64,000 bases of DNA from Styela clava (taxonomy: Eukaryota). The translations under genes and the position numbers were made by a program. Within the stretch, counting starts at the first letter, position 1; every line of letters starts with the position of its first letter. The notes beneath the pieces are model-generated. The model was given only the letters and a program-made list of their open reading frames with translations, ran no database searches and was not told where the DNA came from. The stretch is taken from contig NC_135263.1 in NCBI RefSeq assembly GCF_964204865.1, forward strand, positions 15,624,001 to 15,688,000, in the 5' to 3' direction. This document shows, one piece after another, positions 18,501 to 33,717 of the stretch.

Positions 18501-21500
18501 TGCATGGGTCTGTTCATTAGAATTGACTGATTAGTATATCAAATGTAAGTGATACGAATGAAGGATTCAACGGCCACTTTCTTGTCAATCGGTGTGATTA
18601 AGATTCGTGTACATAGACTGTGAACGAGGATATCAGTGAATCTCTAGACGAGCTTTTAAATGCCTCGAAACAGTCGTTGTAAAAACGTTAGAAAATAAGC
18701 GATCTGGGCCAGTAGGCCTTGTTTAGAATGAGTGTGGAAATTCTTACTATATATTTTTAAAACCAAAATACTTCTTCACTGATCTTCAAATATTATTTTT
18801 CCTCAAACGATTACTTTTCGAGATTGTATATATATGAATCTTTCAAACAGCTATAGGTCAGTAATAATTTTTTAATATAATTCTAATGAACAATTCTAAG
18901 ACAAAATATATTTACATATTTCCTTCCACTTGTTGATAGCCCCACGGTGTTTGGAATCCTTGATAATACGACACAAAATAATATAAGCATGCATCGATGT
19001 GGATAAAATACAACAGATAACATGTTGTTCTTGCGACTCTGTGCAAAAAAAAATATGTATACATATATTTTGAATGGTGGCGGGCCGCGAAAGGAGTTTT
19101 CAATTAAGTTTAATCTGGTACGTGCAAGTAATTCTATTATCTATGTCTATGACGTCACAATGCCTTAACAGCTAGCTTGTGTGATAAGAAAAACGCATGT
19201 CATAAGATCAATAACCAAAATTTTCGTGCCTGCAACTTCTAAAATGCCTATGTTATATGAAGGTGCGACCCGCGATTTCACCCAGTTATATGTCTGGGTG
19301 TCCCCCTGTATTGAAGGTTGCACATCCCTGATCTATAGCATTCCAGTGTTGGGGAGACGCGAGTCGCCGATTCGCCTTTTTCATAGTCATCTAAAGTTTT
19401 TAAACAAAATGATACGAATTCTGGGTCGACTAACCACCAAAGGGACTTAACTTGAAACTCAAAGATAACTTGGAACGAATTTTTTAAATAAACAAAAAAA
19501 TCTATGTTTAATACATATATATACCACTTCTATTAATGTTGTGTTGAAATAAACAGTTCACAAGTTTATTGTAGTAATAACTTGAAGTAGACTAAGCCAC
19601 GATGATAACGAGGTCAATCTTACCAATACATAACAGAACCGTGGTTTGATTTTCAAAAGATTTGGGTTAACGCAAGGTGAAAATTTTAAGTGTCAATGTG
19701 AGAAATAATTATCTTTTCCCAGTTTTTCATGAATTTCATGTAGGAATTAAAATTTAAAAATCTCATGTGATCTGTGTTTCTACTTAACTCGCAACTCCGA
19801 ATCAAGGACTAATACCTAACATTGTTGCTAGTACCCATCCTATTGAAACCATAGGATGGATTTTTATTACAGCAGCAATAAAAATATTTTATTATAGAAA
19901 CTTCTTTTATTTCTTTAAACTGAACCGAGGCATAGAGTAATCACATTATGCAGCTTACCTGAACACATATGCTTGTTCCAAAACCATTTCAAATTTGCTA
20001 TTGAATCCATCAAACGATTTATACTGAGAACAAGGAAAACGAAGTACTTTTTAAGCAATATTTGTTATATCCAACACAAATACTAATTCACAAATCAATA
20101 ACTCTGATGTGAAAACCGTTCTATATTGGACTAAGCTATGTGCGCGAAGCATGAATATACATACATGTACCCAAGTACTTTACATTTTTCCTAAATCATT
20201 TATTCAGTTCGAGTTAGGTTTGAAAATAATACCAAAGACGTTTCAGAGAAGACATACTTAACCTTGACAGATATAAATTTGCGGATAGCAATATCGATGT
20301 TTCAAAAATGTCGTGTCATACTCGTACCACTTGTCCCAGCTAATTGCACGTGTCACACGTGACCATCACTTTCCCCGCATTTGTCACGCTTACCTCACGT
20401 GTCCCACACTTGTCGGATAGGTGGGGAAAGCGACACATGTGTTGGACTCGACAGGTTTGAGACACCCATGCAATATTTTGATTTCGTGTGCTATATGTTA
20501 ATGCAAATATTGATGATTCTGAATAATTACCATGACAATTCAAGATTTAAATAATTTTGTTTACTTACTTTGAATAAACGATTTAGTCTCAGTACTGGTT
20601 TGAAACCAACAAGAAAATACATAAAGTCTGTGGGTAATATAGAGATTAAATCGAGTCTGAAATCCTTGCTTTTCAAATAATGTTTCATAGTATCTTTCCG
20701 TTCCCTCTGTTAAGATAAAAAAATATTAACATTTTGTAGTTCTGAAGATTAAATAATAGAGAACTACTTTTTCGTCCTACTCACCATAAAATTTCCTCCT
20801 TCAATATATTGACATCTGATTTGAAAGACGATTATATCGAAAAAATTAATTGCATCGGCTATATAGTCAACTATTAGCCACCCTGTTAGATTCTCTTTTG
20901 TTTGATACGGAAATGACATTCTTACTGGAATACTGCAAGCATTATAGGTGAAGCAAACAGCGACCAGAAATTGATAAAACAAAAATACATTGTCTGCAAG
21001 ATAAAGTTATTATATATCAGACAACGAAGTTCGGGAGGGAAAGTTAACATAAAACAAAAAACTTTGTTAAGTTCCTTCTCAGGGTCGCAGCTAATATTTC
21101 GAATAAAACATCCAAGTTTATTTTCGTAACGTAAATTCCAAATGACAAGTAAAAATTGAGACCACGCACTTTTGCTCCAAAGTTGGAAAAATTATACTTA
21201 CAAGTTAATATATAAATGACAAATCATCGCCAACTTGACCCATTCAAGAATATGCCAAACCCATGCAAATCTTTATCAGTTCTACTGATTAGGAATGACT
21301 AGCATTCAATAACAACAATTACTCAGTTAAGTCAAAGAATACTCTACAAAGTGAACTGCTAAGTATGTCTTGGTTTTGCACAAATGCTGTTTCAGTCACC
21401 AGTCTACGAAGCTCATTTCGATACATTAAATATATATATAATTATAAATGTAGCATAGTATGCAGTAAATTTTCAGAGAGTAAAGGTGAAAATAGGAATA

Positions 21501-22272
21501 CCTCCATACGGATCAATTGTAGTTGGGAATCTGTATTTTATAATTCGTCGAAATATATTTTCTTTAACTTTTTTCTGTTCGTTTCTCACTACATCGACGG
21601 TTCCTCTAGAAGCCTCCTCCATTTCTAAATAAATGAAAAATACATCGGGATAATAGTAGAATTGCCAGAATATAAATGAATATATTCTGTTCTCCGTTTT
21701 TTTTGGTTGCTTCCTCGTATACTTTTTTGTTGCTAATATAAACACCCCACAGTGTCAGATATTTATGTGCAGCATTTCCAAATACCATTTTGTAACCGGA
21801 TTTTTATCTTTGTAACCCTCTAAAAACAGAACCCAGTTCATTCGGGTCATATACTTGAGAAAACATCACTTTTGTGTGAAGCGTCCTAGATTACTGGAAC
21901 TTTTGGGTACAATCATACACAAACAGAAGTCTAAATGTTAACTGAATTTTCTTTTTTTTCGTGGATGTAATTAAAAAAATCTGTGGGTTGTGTCACCATG
22001 TAAATATATTTCTAAAATAAAATATCGTTTCTGACTCTAATTCAATTCCATTTATCGACATATGAAAAAATTTAGCTACTAACTAACTGTATGTTGTTAG
22101 CATGTACCGTTGCAAAATTATAAAGTCTACACGAACCCTCTACTAGCTCTTCATCTTCATCTGAAGATACTTCGAATATTTTTCGTCGCATTTCTTCGGC
22201 TCTCTCGGTACATTTTAATTTCCATATTTCGAATTGTTTTTGTGTTATTGTGACAAATTCTTCGTCCTTCAT
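15516..22272 (-). CDS. Cyclic nucleotide-gated cation channel, beta-type subunit (CNGB1/CNGB3-like), about 575 aa; exons 22272-22137, 21624-21502, 20993-20785, 20706-20569, 20023-19959, 19038-18916, 17983-17842, 17750-17591, 17246-17065, 16671-16556, 16418-16272, 15702-15516
   Basis: Contains KCTERAEEMRRKIFEVSSDED and FPTTIDPYG (CNGB-type N-terminal motifs), S4 VLRLNRLFK, pore YIRCFYWGFLTTVTIGNVGDP, C-linker VRQWFEYTWETQKILDE, and CNBD [21 protein letters not shown]...FGEISLLAIGGANRRTANI. All 11 introns are GT-AG and in phase. The true start may lie further upstream. Confidence 0.92.
15841..16106. mobile_element. hAT (Tip100-like) MITE in the last CNG intron
   Basis: TIRs cagtggcgtatc / gatacgccactg; perfect 8-bp TSD tgtatatg. 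Confidence 0.92.
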
Positions 22273-22297
22273 ATTTTTATATGTAGTACACCTTTAC

Positions 22298-22490
22298 GTC
22301 GTGAACTCTCCGTTTCTCTTGGTCTACAAGTTTTCACAGATTCGGGTTAAACTAACAGTATCAATTTTGATATCTATATGCAGTAGCCTATACTTTTATG
22401 TCGTGAACTCTCCGTTTCTCTTGGTCGACAAGTGTTTACAGATTCAGGTTAAACTGACAGTATCGATTGTGATATCTATGTTGATATCTA
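22298..22490. repeat. Tandem duplication, 102-bp unit, about 2 copies, just upstream of the CNG start codon
   Basis: gtcgtgaactctccgtttctcttggtc...gatatctat starts at 22298 and again at 22400. Confidence 0.9.
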
Positions 22491-24434
22491 TATTCATAGA
22501 AATATTATGGAACTATTGAATATGGAATCAAAATTGCCTGACAGTGACACAAAAAAAAATGAAAGATAATTGTGCCTCGCAAATTTCTCAGAATACTTCT
22601 ATTCCGCCGTTCGACATATCTTTTTAACCTAACATACTGTTGATTTCTGATCTAGCAAAATACTGGCTGATAAACTAATATACACGATGCTCCAGGAGAA
22701 TCATTTTCCCCTCTTGGAGCGTTTCGAATAGAAAATACCACTGAAGAAAATCGATTTTTGTGCAAATATTTTTTTGCATCTAAAGAGCATATAGATGTGC
22801 TTGGCCAAGCTTTCCGAATCATCTTATTCCCACATCATATGTGTTGGATTGCTTACAGAGGTCATTTATGGTAAGCACATGAAGATTAAAAGATTACTGT
22901 TTTCTGCAGGCGTAAACACTGCTTGATATTTCATAATCGGCTATTATTGATAATGCAATCGTTTTCAGCACAAGCAGCGGATTATACCTCGAACACTGCT
23001 TTTATGCAGTATATCATGTATGCTTTATGTTCTGCGACACTCACCGGATTACTTGATCCTCGCCACAATTGTAATTTGAATATTTTGCAATTCAGTGAAA
23101 CGTCTTCGTACGTTTGTCATTATTAAAAATCTAGTCGGTGAATATAACAGACACGTTACAACGTTTTTTTATACGATTTTGTAACATGCCCGATTGCACA
23201 AGTGCTTTTTTAGTGAAATTTCCCCTTTCCCCATTCATGTATTGTTTTCAAAATAAAAAATAGTTTGTTTTGTTGCCAATCAATTCTGGTGAATTCTTTT
23301 TTCATATTCCTGCTAGTGTTTGTATTCTTCAAATAATAATAAAATATTCTGAACGACAAATATCAATTACATAGAAAAATAGGAATTTGTTGAAGAATGG
23401 GTCATTACAAATAAGAACTATGTGATGTAAGAAATCTGCAACAATATTGAAAATAACATATTGTGTAATTATAGCTTCAATATTATTATATCACTGACAC
23501 TCTTCTGTTGTAACATTGACGTCAGAATCAAAAAACGTCGTATTGAAATCAATTTTGAGCCGAGAGGCATCATGAGTGTTTGTTTTTATCATCGAGTTAT
23601 GGTACAGCTGGATTACTGGTTTTTGAAACATATTCATGAGTGTTAGTCACAAGTTATGGGCATGTAGGCTGTTAGTACTTTGAGTCGATTAACTAGCGAG
23701 ACAAGAGATAAAAAAAATTAAATAATTATCAACTAGGCGAAGGTTGGAAATGGCAATGTAGAAAACAAAGATCAGATGAATGATTTAGAAATTATTTGAA
23801 TTTAGAAAATGAATAGCGGAATTAATTCGAAACATATATATATATGTAGATGAAAGCATAAAAGTAAATATAAAATTCCCAATTCTCAACGTTAAAATAG
23901 GTATGAGAGTTTAGAAGAAATGTTATGAATATAATATTTATATGAGGCATGATAGTTTTGAATGCTGAACTACCCTTGATTTCAATAATATTAGTGTGGG
24001 TTTTATACTCTATACTTTATACTTATTCATCTTGCAGAAGAGATCGACACTACAGAAAAATTGCTATAGACTGGTAACATTCAACATAACTTTTTGAAAA
24101 TAATGAATTTTAGCACCAACATTGTACATTATGGACGTTTGATACTCCGATTGATCATCATCACACAATTGTTCCGTCTTGCAATAGTTTCTTCATCTAT
24201 TCCCATCTTACAACATCCATGTTCACAAGAATTAGCAAGAGGTTGGTGAATGTTTATAAAAGTTAATTTTAAGGAGGAAAAAAGGAACTTCCTCTCGTGT
24301 AGATCAACGCGGAAATTTGAAACTGTTAACAAAAAATGGATATATATCTATTTTTTATATTTCTCAATAATTTTATTGTACAAACTAATGGTGAAATATT
24401 GTTCACAAGATCTAATCAAAAAGCTTCACTGCAG

Positions 24435-26552
24435 GATTCGGGGATCACATAAATTGGAAAACATATGAAGAAGGAATGGCAGAGGCATTGGATGAAAATA
24501 AACCAATTCTCTTACTAATTCACCAAGAACAATGTCCAGCATGCCACGACTTCGCACCAAAATTTGCTGCCGATGAGTGAGTAGAAACAAAACTAAGATG
24601 TAATAATCGTACCTTCATACTTCATACAAACCAAAATGTCGCGAAATTGAATGAGCTGGAATAATCAATATTTAAAATATCTCAAAAGCATGCCAATGAC
24701 TCCAGATTGAAAGTTTGAAAGCCATATATTGAAACAATGCCAATAACCGCATTATATCGAGTTGTGTTGATCTGGCATAGTTTTTTAAATGCTTAATTGG
24801 TCATAAAACTTTTTAGAAACATAGCTGAATGTTCGAAATATTTCGTCATGATAAATTGTAAAGATGAAGAAGAGCCATCAGGATATACCCCGGACGGAAA
24901 ATACTATCCAAGAATTATATTTCTGAGTAAGTCAAATATTACGGCACGGTGCAGTGAATTATAAGAGAAGCGAATGCAATTTACAATAATTGAAAGTCAA
25001 GATGTTTCGTTCATATAATTTCAATTTTCAAATCAGATTCGAGATTGTGACAAAATGAAAAGTTTTTGAAATTTTGAGTTTTCAAAATAAATCTTCGACA
25101 ATATATTCCAATGGCGATATTTTCTTGATTAAACTAATTTCAGCGGAAATATGTTTATTTTACAGGCCCAAAAGGAGATATAATTCTTGGGATTCGGAAC
25201 GATATGGCAAAAGAGAATTATTTGTACTACTACTTCACTCCAGATGCTGGTAAATATTCCCAATCCTTTCTTAAAAATGATTTGGGATCATTGGCTTGAT
25301 GGCAAATCAGACATTTCTGCATTGTCTATCGCAATGCAAAATAAGGTTAAATAATAGATAGCCTACATTGTATACAGTGAGGGAATTCGAAAATTTATAA
25401 CAGTAGCCATCTCAGACGAGCGGTGTCCATTTGCTGTGATCGTCTATGACAGGGATGTGCAACCTTGGGCCAGATGCAAATAACTGGGTGAAGCCGCGGG
25501 CCGCAGCTAGAAACTATACCTAAGGCTCTGGATACGAAAAATCCAACATACGAAAATTCTTCTCGTAAAAAATATTGCATCGGCTAACGTAAGATTTTCT
25601 ACATACGAAGGCCGGAATTCGAAAACTTTAAAAACGCGTGTAGTGATATTTGTTTATTTTAGGTTAATTTAAATGCAGTGCTTGAAGAAGGGATGTCCAA
25701 TTTGAATTTAATATTCGAATATTGCGACTTTCGCGATCGTTTTTCGTGTTTATAGGAATACCCAATATGGCGCATATATTATAGCGCCGCCGTCCACGTT
25801 TTGATTTAAAACATTTTACAATTATTTCATTTTTTATCGTAACCTAAGACAGACGTGTGCGCGTGGCAATAAATTATCCGCCACTGCATTGTCCCGTTTG
25901 TTTCCCGCGGGTATGTACGACGTGATGTTAGCGAAATTCGGTAAGAAATACGTTTTTATAACTCTGTGTATTTTGCAATAGGATTTTTCTAGCTAGTTTT
26001 GCTAATATGACAGTGGCACCCGGGTACTAGTAACTAGTATAATAGGCTTTGTGACGCGAGGAGATTGGAATTGCTCGCACGTACCAGATTAACTAAACTA
26101 AAAACTCGTATCTCGGGAACACCATTCGAAGTTGGCACTTCTCCGCGGGCCGCCCAATTTTTCTTTGCGGACCGTATTTGGCCTGCAGTTTGTACATCCC
26201 TGGTCTAAGACACAAAATAAAACAGGAACGGACGGACGAACCCCCTTGTGGTATACTGTATATATTATTGCTCCATGTTTTGAGCATAAGTGACCATGGT
26301 TTGCTACTCTTGACCTTTTTTTGGTAATGAATAAAGATAATAACTGTGTTTTTTCTGCAATCTGTATTGAATATCTACAAACATCTTCTATTCACGGAGT
26401 TCACGACACAACACCCCTGAATCCCACAACTGATTATGTGATGTTGAAGCTTCATAATAAGCTTGTTTTCTTTTACAGTTGTTCGTTCAATGGTAAGGGT
26501 TGTCAAATTGTTTTACGAAGTTCAGCACGATGGTGAATACGAAGATTTGTAA
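24435..26552 (+). CDS. TXNDC12 (ERp18)/AGR-family ER thioredoxin; exons 24435-24576, 24817-24926, 25166-25249, 26479-26552; signal-peptide exon not located
   Basis: Spliced translation GFGDHINWKTYEEGMAEALDENKPILLLIHQEQCPACHDFAPKFAADENIAECSKYFVMINCKDEEEPSGYTPDGKYYPRIIFLSPKG...YLYYY...VVRSM...EYEDL*. It matches the family motifs GFGDHI.W, CxxC and PDGxYxPRI.F. Phases are consistent. Absent from the ORF track because the exons are short. Confidence 0.88.
25450..26202. mobile_element. hAT non-autonomous element; related copies at 50948-51291 and about 19060-19331
   Basis: Ends cagggatgtgcaacc / gtttgtacatccctg; 8-bp TSD gtctatga / gtctaaga. Shared subterminal ggcacttctccgcggg and ctcgca.gtacca.att blocks occur in the other copies. 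Confidence 0.8.
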
Positions 26553-29500
26553 TGATGATGGTGGACTGTTTTTGTACTGTTTAAATTCAAAAGTAGGCTT
26601 GAGATTTTAACAATATTAGAACAATTTGAATAGTAACGATCATTTTAGATAAAAAAATTGTAGTTTTTTAGATATTTTCAATTGAGAAGGTCCATATTTG
26701 AAATATATACAAACTATCTCCTTGTAAGAAACTGCTTTTTATTTGTAGATGCGTTTATTTATTTATTATGCCTGATTCATACTACTCCGCAAATTCAAAG
26801 GAAGCAATATTAAAATTCTAACAACGTAAGCTGTTTCATTGCTACTGATTTTAACACGTACAAGAAAAAATCTCGTTGATATTTTTGTGTCTGAGAATTT
26901 ATTTGTATTGTAACATATGATGTGAAGATGCAGAAGTTTTAAAATGCAATACTTCCAGTCATTGTCGAAATGTAAAATATTTTTCGAGGTTTAGAGAGTT
27001 GAAAGATTACTGATATATAAACAAAAACGCGATTACGCAATGTAGAGACACGCGGCTGATTGATTTAATATGTGTATTGATGTATATATATATATCACAT
27101 ATTGGGTAGATTTCAATATATAGGATTTGAATAATGGATATAATTTGAGCTCTATGATTGGGTTCCATGCTCCGCGGAGTAGTGAGGTTTTGCGTGGGTG
27201 CAGAAAAGAAGCACTCCAGCGGCCGAAACGTGGGTCTCAATATATATATTCCCGAAGTAAGGCAATAATAGCGATGAACTTTTTCAAGATTTATAAATGA
27301 CAACCTTATCGGAGTTTCAGTGTATTCTGACAAAGGTTTTCATTATACAACTGGTTAAAACAGACCCGATGCCGAGCCGGGGATCATGGACTCGGAAGAC
27401 CACGGCAATGTAGGGTCAGCGAGTAGTGAGTGACGTTTTCATACTTCCCGCCAACAATAAATAACAGATACAACAACTCCTTTTTTTGTACGTGGTCCGA
27501 CTCACGAAGTAGAAGAACTTGTAAAGCAATAACCCACTTCGTAATTAGGATAGGGTTCATGGGCGAAAGTGCTAATATTATCGAGATATCGGACTAATGT
27601 GAGAATCGGGCTCATTAGAACGAGTATTTATGAGAGGGATAAGACGGTAATATTGCAAACCACTGTCTGTAATTCGCGACTCCGCCGCCCATACTGCCAT
27701 ACAAGAACAAGATCTACGCCTGGATTACACTTCCGAATTTTTTAGCAAGCGATGATTTGAGTCTTCTGCCACATGGTATCCGAACTAAGTCATAGCATTA
27801 GAATAGCAACGTCCAGAGAATCTTTCAGTATCCATAGTTGCGCCATGTTTCAAAATCAGGACAAGGGAGCGATGCACAAATTTATGGACACAAAATAGGT
27901 ACGCAATCTGCCACAGTAGTCTACCGAACCGTGCCACAGCTGACCACCAAAAACAACTTACGCGAAAGAGGAACTGCTACAGGGAGAAGCGCAATAATTA
28001 AATTTGATGATGTCATCGCACACAAAAAACGAACTCCAGAGGCCACAGACATTTTGGAAATAAATGAAAGTAATGGTCTTCTAGCGAAAAATACAATGTT
28101 TAGCCGTTGAAGATTTCAAAGCGATTGGTCCAGTAGTTAATAAGAGCGACTTTTCACAATAAGAAAAGTATTAATAACTTGATCAACAACAACATAATAA
28201 CGAAACGATCAATATGTACAAAAAGGCTGTAATGGGAGTATCGAGACAACGGAAATTTCATAGACTCTAGGATCGATGTCACGAGTGATGCCATTTCTAA
28301 TAATACTGGTTATACAAAGACAAGGGCCTACCTGCCTCGTATATAGCAGCTGGCAGGAGAATTGAACAATTTAAGACACCTGTAACGGACTGGGAAAAAA
28401 CTTCTAACCTAAAAAATTCACTAACAGTGTATGAATTAGAACCAGCAGCTAATTCAGTGGAAGGACAGGCACCAGGACATAAATTTCAGGCGAGCAAAAA
28501 CCGGTTTAATAACTATAAATTAATCTTAACTAAGTCACATTTTATGAACTTGTCCTTATGAAATCCTAATTGGATGCACAGGTAACAAAAAGCATTGAAT
28601 ACCTACAATCTACATCATTCACAAGCGTGCAGAGTGTTAATGTAGGCTAAATATTCACATGTATTCATATAAAGAAAGTATTTAAAAATATACACCCATA
28701 CATCTAAACAAAAAGTGCATGTCAAGAAAAGTGGATGGTATTTCCGAATCAGCTTCATCTCTTGCCCATCCAGGATCAAATATAATTCAGCACATGTTTT
28801 CTGACTAATTGAAATGCACATGTGGAAACAAAAATAAATACAATACAAAGCATGAGTGGTGTGTAAGATTAAACAAGTTTGAATACTTTTTAATCAATAA
28901 AAAGGTTATGAACAATTAGCAAAATGCAATTTTGATTTCTTTAAACGACCAGGCTAAAAGTTTAAGCGCTTCATACCAAAATTATTATTCCAACATTTCT
29001 AACTTTTTAAAAAGCAACAGATATACAACAGAGCTACTGAAACATTTTTGATATGTGATTTACTGTGGGGAGGAACTTGAACAACTTTTCAAGAACACCA
29101 TACTACGAATTGAAGCTAAGAGGTTGAAGGTTAAACTTTGCAGCCTTAGAATGAGAGACGGAGGTGACCAAATCGTCAATTGGGATAAACTCTTACAACA
29201 AGTGCATGCTTGACATTATCTTAACGGAGAAACAATGGCGGTGTTAACTTACATATTACAAATTTGACGCAGAAAATACCATAAAATTTTTAAAAAATAT
29301 TATAATAATATTTGAACTGCAAAATGTGTTAACATCTCAGTTGCCTTTTCTGTCTTACAGACATTATTGATGTGATTTTGAAATTTTGTTATATCCTAAA
29401 CATTTCAGATTAACTTGAGACATTTTGGACATAAATTATTGTTTACTTTTGCAAGTCTATACTATGACAAATAGCAAATTTCACCAAGACAACAATTTAA

Positions 29501-29603
29501 AAATTATCCCACACAACAATAACAATAAATCCTAATCGAATAATTGTGATCCATTTAATAATCTAACATATCTTAAAATTGTATAGTTTATTTTGCGCTG
29601 TTT

Positions 29604-30619
<1,016 letters not shown>

Positions 30620-31539
30620 TTTCATCAATTGGAAATAATAAAATTCTATATAAAAAAAAAATTTACTAAAATATTTTTATCACAAATTCTGTTGAAAATA
30701 AAAAACAAAAGTATCCTCTTATCCTCTTATTATATCTTTTTTACAAGTATGAAGTGAAAAAATATTAGGGTTATAGCTGAAATTTCACTTAGGTGAGGAA
30801 TCTCAACAAATCAAAACTAATTGATTAATTTGATTGATTGTTAGTTCCTGTTGCTAATGATTCATTGGATTTAGCTATCAAAATTTGGATGATATTGGAT
30901 TATTCCACACCCATCTCGCTTGTTCGGAGATCACTATACTTCGACATTTCCTCCATTAGGAACAAGATTATTTTATTATCGAAGCCAAGAAATGTTAAAA
31001 AATCATCTCCTTTCTCAAATTAGTCGAATAAATAGAGAAAATATATTTTTCGAATAATTTTATGAATAAACCCTCTTTCCACATATTTTATACCTATTCC
31101 TGTATTCCAAGACTGTAGCGAAGACATAAAATAAAACCAAATAGCCTATTTCTTTGTATCAATATGCTATATTATTATTTTGTCATTATTTATGTCACTA
31201 TTTATAGCTACGCCTATTACCAGATTATTGAATAAATAAATTCGCCCAGAAATAGCCTAGTCAGGAAGTTGGTTTTCCCTATACAGCTATATCAGTATAT
31301 CCGGATGTCCCTGTATTCTGATAATGTTATTAGAGATATCGGTAGGCAGGTAGGTACCGGTAATACAGTAATAACCAAATATACTACAGTAGTTTTTAAG
31401 GACTAGTTGCCGTTGCATCTATAACCTACAGACCTGAGTCAGTACCGCAGTAATTGCCAGTAGCTTGTCGCTTTGTCTTTCACTAGCGTCACTCGTCATA
31501 TGACTAATCAGTTTTGTTGTTGTTATTGAGTGACGATAA

Positions 31540-31548
31540 TCACGTGAC
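31540..31548. promoter_or_regulatory. CLEAR-type E-box (GTCACGTGA on the minus strand) in the probable GABARAPL2 promoter
   Basis: TCACGTGAC lies in a GC-richer patch about 0.9 kb upstream of the ATG and just upstream of a probable non-coding first exon (about 31500-31434). ATG8-family genes are established TFEB/MiT targets. Confidence 0.5.
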
Positions 31549-31600
31549 GAATCGGGCACGCCCCCATTGTGTCGGATATGCGAAAAGTTGGGAACTACTC

Positions 31601-32100
31601 TGGACCTTTCCCCGAGCATCGTTTTCCTTGTTTACTTCGTGACATTGGCCAATCAGCAAGATGCAAAAAGTGACGTAACAATGTCCCCTTTTCGCATCCG
31701 CTCAGACACTTTTCTCACTCAGACAGATTTTCAAGTGTGGTTGTAAACATTACCTCGTTTTCGCGTTTTTGAACTCTATTCGTTAGTTTTCAGTTGTGTT
31801 TCGGAAACTTAAATATAAATCAGATAATTCAATGATCACTCTGTCTTCCTAGGAGTTTTAATTTGATTGCAGTAATAAAAATTAGTGTAGAAATAGCTGT
31901 GATAGATTAGCCTGAAATTCTTTACCGGAACTTTTAAAAAAAAGATTGTTGTATGCGATGAATCATAATGATGGTTTGTAACACATACCCCATTTTACAG
32001 GCGCCAACTCGCAAAAGCACTCTTAAAATGGCCCCGAAAATTTTGCAATGGTAAAGTATAGAAAGAATTATCCGGGGGTCAAAGGTCGGGGAAAGGTCCA
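31601..32100 (+). mobile_element. About 500-bp MITE with 15-bp TIRs (probably TA-targeting Tc1/mariner type), copy 1
   Basis: TIRs tggacctttccccga / tcggggaaaggtcca, TA on the right flank. The whole element recurs inverted at 37947-38419. Confidence 0.88.
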
Positions 32101-33717
32101 TAATGTTCATTCGTTTGCAGATGACCAATATATTTATTTATTATATTCAGTTTTAGAGTAGCTTTCACCTTCGCAAGTAGCCACCTACTCCGCGGGATTG
32201 AATTCTGATGCTTCCACGTGAGTCTCGTGGGATAATTTTTGACTGATTATTGTCTGCATGACCCCTCGAGGCGGTAAAGCTGACAAGACGTTTTCTCCTT
32301 CAGTTTCCAATAAATTTCCAGCGTGAGAGTGGTTATCACCATTTATCAGATGCATTGACCTGATGTGGATGATGTCGTAACAATCAAGCGGTTACGTGAA
32401 CCAAAGCGTATATATAATAGGCTTATAAAGACGTGAACCACCCTACGACGGCAATGAGACCAGCACTCATCTCATGCATAAATATCCCAATCGGATTTCG
32501 ACCCGCGTGGGTTAATCAGGAGTGCGACGGTATGCGTTTTCTTGTGCTTGCCCTCTGAGATTCAAATCTTGGCTTTACTGCCTCCTCATTTGACATCGTA
32601 TTCCCCATTTCTACCCAACCTTTTCACATAGGCAAATTGTAATCTAACCATGTTTTGTCTTTTTTGTTTTTTCCCACTATTGGTGGCGCAACAGTAAAAC
32701 GATAGTATAAAATTTGGCAGAATAATTTCAATATTCAAAATAAGTGCGTGAGTTCGACCAGGATTGCCTAAAATGACCATGTAAGTGCTCAAGACATTTA
32801 GTTCCTTGTGTTTGTAAAATCCTCCGAAAACTACGCATACATACTAGACCCCAGCTGCTTTTCTAAACTTCCAGATATTGCAAATGTAGTTCAAAACGAT
32901 GCCTTCAGCTAACAATATCGAAGTATAACCGTGATATACCTTTTTTATAAATGAGCTTCCCAGAAGTGCCTAAGCTTTTGTTAAATCAATTTTAGCGTAA
33001 GTAATGTTCGCGTAAATCCTCTTCACCTGGGTGCTGTCATTTTTTAGATTTTAAAAAAGCAGCTGTCGCATGGATCCGGTAAGTCTCATGATAATCATTT
33101 GCATTCAAAACACATATCATCACAGCCATTACGACCAACTCGAATCGCGGTCTCTCAACTAGTAATCAAAATATGACTTATGTTGAAAACGTTTCACCGT
33201 TGATTTATTAAGCGTTATAATGGGAAGGATATAGCCTACCGCGAAATAGATCAATATGTCAATTAATTGACTATTTATTTCATAAATTTTTCATTGAATT
33301 GGGGACATCGAACTCCTGCACATAGTCTTTCTGCGGCAAGTCTCCTGAAACTTCTCCATCATTTCTGCCGTCGGAGGATTCCATGTCGTTTTTGATGACC
33401 AGTGCCACCATATTTACTCGGTTCAGTTGAATAAATTTTTGGACCTACATTGTTTTTAACATGTGTGGGAACAAACTTGCCTAGGGGTCAATTGAGGAGG
33501 TTATTAATGGCAAGTCTCTTTGGAGTCGAAATAAGCCTTGCGGTCTGGGCGCTCTTACCGCTTGGACACAAATCACCGCAGCTCGGTATTTATAATAGGA
33601 CTTGTTGTTGCCGACGAAGTAGGCCGTATCAAACTTCATGATATACCAGTAGTTGATTTCAATATTTTGCATAATGTGGCTCATTGATAGGGCTGGGCAT
33701 TTTTGAATATCTAATGC

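Noticed and set aside
22273-23130. Possible additional N-terminal CNG coding sequence, including the 102-bp (34-codon) tandem repeat
   Set aside because: All three minus-strand frames across the repeat contain stops, some shared by both units, and no in-phase upstream exon could be built.
32160-32560. Possible tRNA or ncRNA gene on the minus strand
   Set aside because: Only degenerate box-like motifs are present and there is no cloverleaf. It is at most an old SINE that I cannot delimit.
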